From positions 1 through 64,000 of the forward strand of contig MCFE01000040.1 in NCBI GenBank assembly GCA_002104905.1: a stretch of 64,000 bases of DNA, written 5' to 3'. Every line of letters starts with the position of its first letter. The stretch's first letter is position 1. The notes under the pieces were generated by a model, which saw only the letters and a list, made by a program, of their open reading frames with translations, did no database searches and was not told the origin of the DNA. Position numbers and translations under genes: made by a program. This DNA is from Basidiobolus meristosporus CBS 931.73. Lineage: Eukaryota; Fungi; Basidiobolomycota. Shown one piece after another: positions 62,880 through 64,000 of this stretch.

Positions 62880-64000
62880 CGTATGTTCCTTTAGAGATTG
62901 AAGAGCTTAATGGTCCGATTTATCAAAAAACACCACCGCCCTTTTTATAGTTGTAGCAGTTGGAGCGATTTATATGAGCATCAATTAAAACATATCAGTA
63001 GATCAGAATCTCTATATAGCAAGAGTAATAATAGAGTGGAATTCATACAATTCCTGCTGCTCTTGACCGCTACCAAAAGATCTTTCTGCCTGTAGCACAG
63101 TTGGGCCATTGGAGAGTGTCAGAGGAAACCTGTAATTGAGTAGGTAGCATAGTCCAATCACAACGTAATGTGATCTTTTGTGACTTTGGAGACTATATGT
63201 CACCACACACTCGCCCTATAACAATTTACTATTGTAGAGTAGAGATATCCACACCACTCAGCAGTAGCCTAATACCCATCGAGCAAGCACCCACGTTATC
63301 AGACAAACTGGTGCAGCAAAATACCCAAAAGAGCGAGCATCGTTTTCCACACGCCCATAAAATCGACAACATGACAAGCATGTGATCCATCTTCACTCCT
63401 TAGGGTAAATACGGACTCTTATCATAGATAGAAACGAACACCCCAAGTATTTGGTCGAATATGGTGGAATGAGATATGATACGCTCAACGGCAACTGATG
63501 GTGGTTGAGAAACCATTGGGAAACTCCGGTAATGCCTTAAACACTGGTCCACTCAATAGAGTTCTTCAGAACAGTCATCCGCGTGCGTTACCCCAAAAGA
63601 AACTTTACAAAGAAACTCTAAACTGAAGCCCTATTGTGGACGGTTACACCAATCTGGAACTTTGTTTAACCAAGTAAGCTTAAACCAAATCCTTGATGGT
63701 GCAAGATGAGTGCATGATTCAGCACAGAAGCGTTAAACTCCAGTGAAGCCAATGACCAAGCTTTCATCTAAGAAACCATCGCCCATTGGCCAACCTTAAT
63801 GGGCACCCTTTATGGGCCTGCTAGCATTATTAGTCGTGTTGGTCTTATAAGGTTCCTGATTTGAACATGATTGAACCTGGACTTATCCATAGGATTCATT
63901 GATCATCGGGGCCTATGCATCAGATTACTTTACTATAAGTGATAATCAGGTCTGGGAGTAGAGCCCCAGAGTTTGTGCATATGCATGTCATAAAGCAAAA

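Noticed and set aside
63400-64000. Gypsy integrase or chromodomain remnant (KYLVEY, LYGPASIISRVG)
   Set aside because: Only faint isolated peptide resemblances, with no continuous frame or LTR.

Overview
Eukaryotic DNA with many short GT-AG introns (mostly about 57-65 nt, CTAAC/CTGAC-like branch points). Gene content and intron style suggest a fungus, probably early-diverging (inference). About 13 kb (approx. 6.45-19.75 kb) is an AT-rich, nearly CpG-free nest of Ty1/copia retrotransposon material. It holds one full-length but decayed element with a Ty5-type half-tRNA primer site, a 5'-truncated sister in inverted orientation, eight copies or fragments of one ~349-bp LTR, a 697-bp second-family LTR inserted in gag, and a ~310-bp MITE-like family. 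The rest is gene-dense: an amino acid transporter, EBP-type sterol isomerase, a CH-kinase-C1-CaaX protein, a Cdc12-type septin, an Sfp1-like zinc finger, leukotriene A4 hydrolase, a KDM3-like JmjC demethylase with a degenerate N-terminal homeodomain, a TBC GAP, NoxA, a bHLH-ZIP factor, a homeodomain factor, a LysM protein and several orphans. The most striking observation is that the homeodomain factor at 57879-59765 resembles animal PBX/Exd both in its homeodomain and in a PBC-B-like segment just upstream. All alignments and exon models were made by eye, with no database searches.
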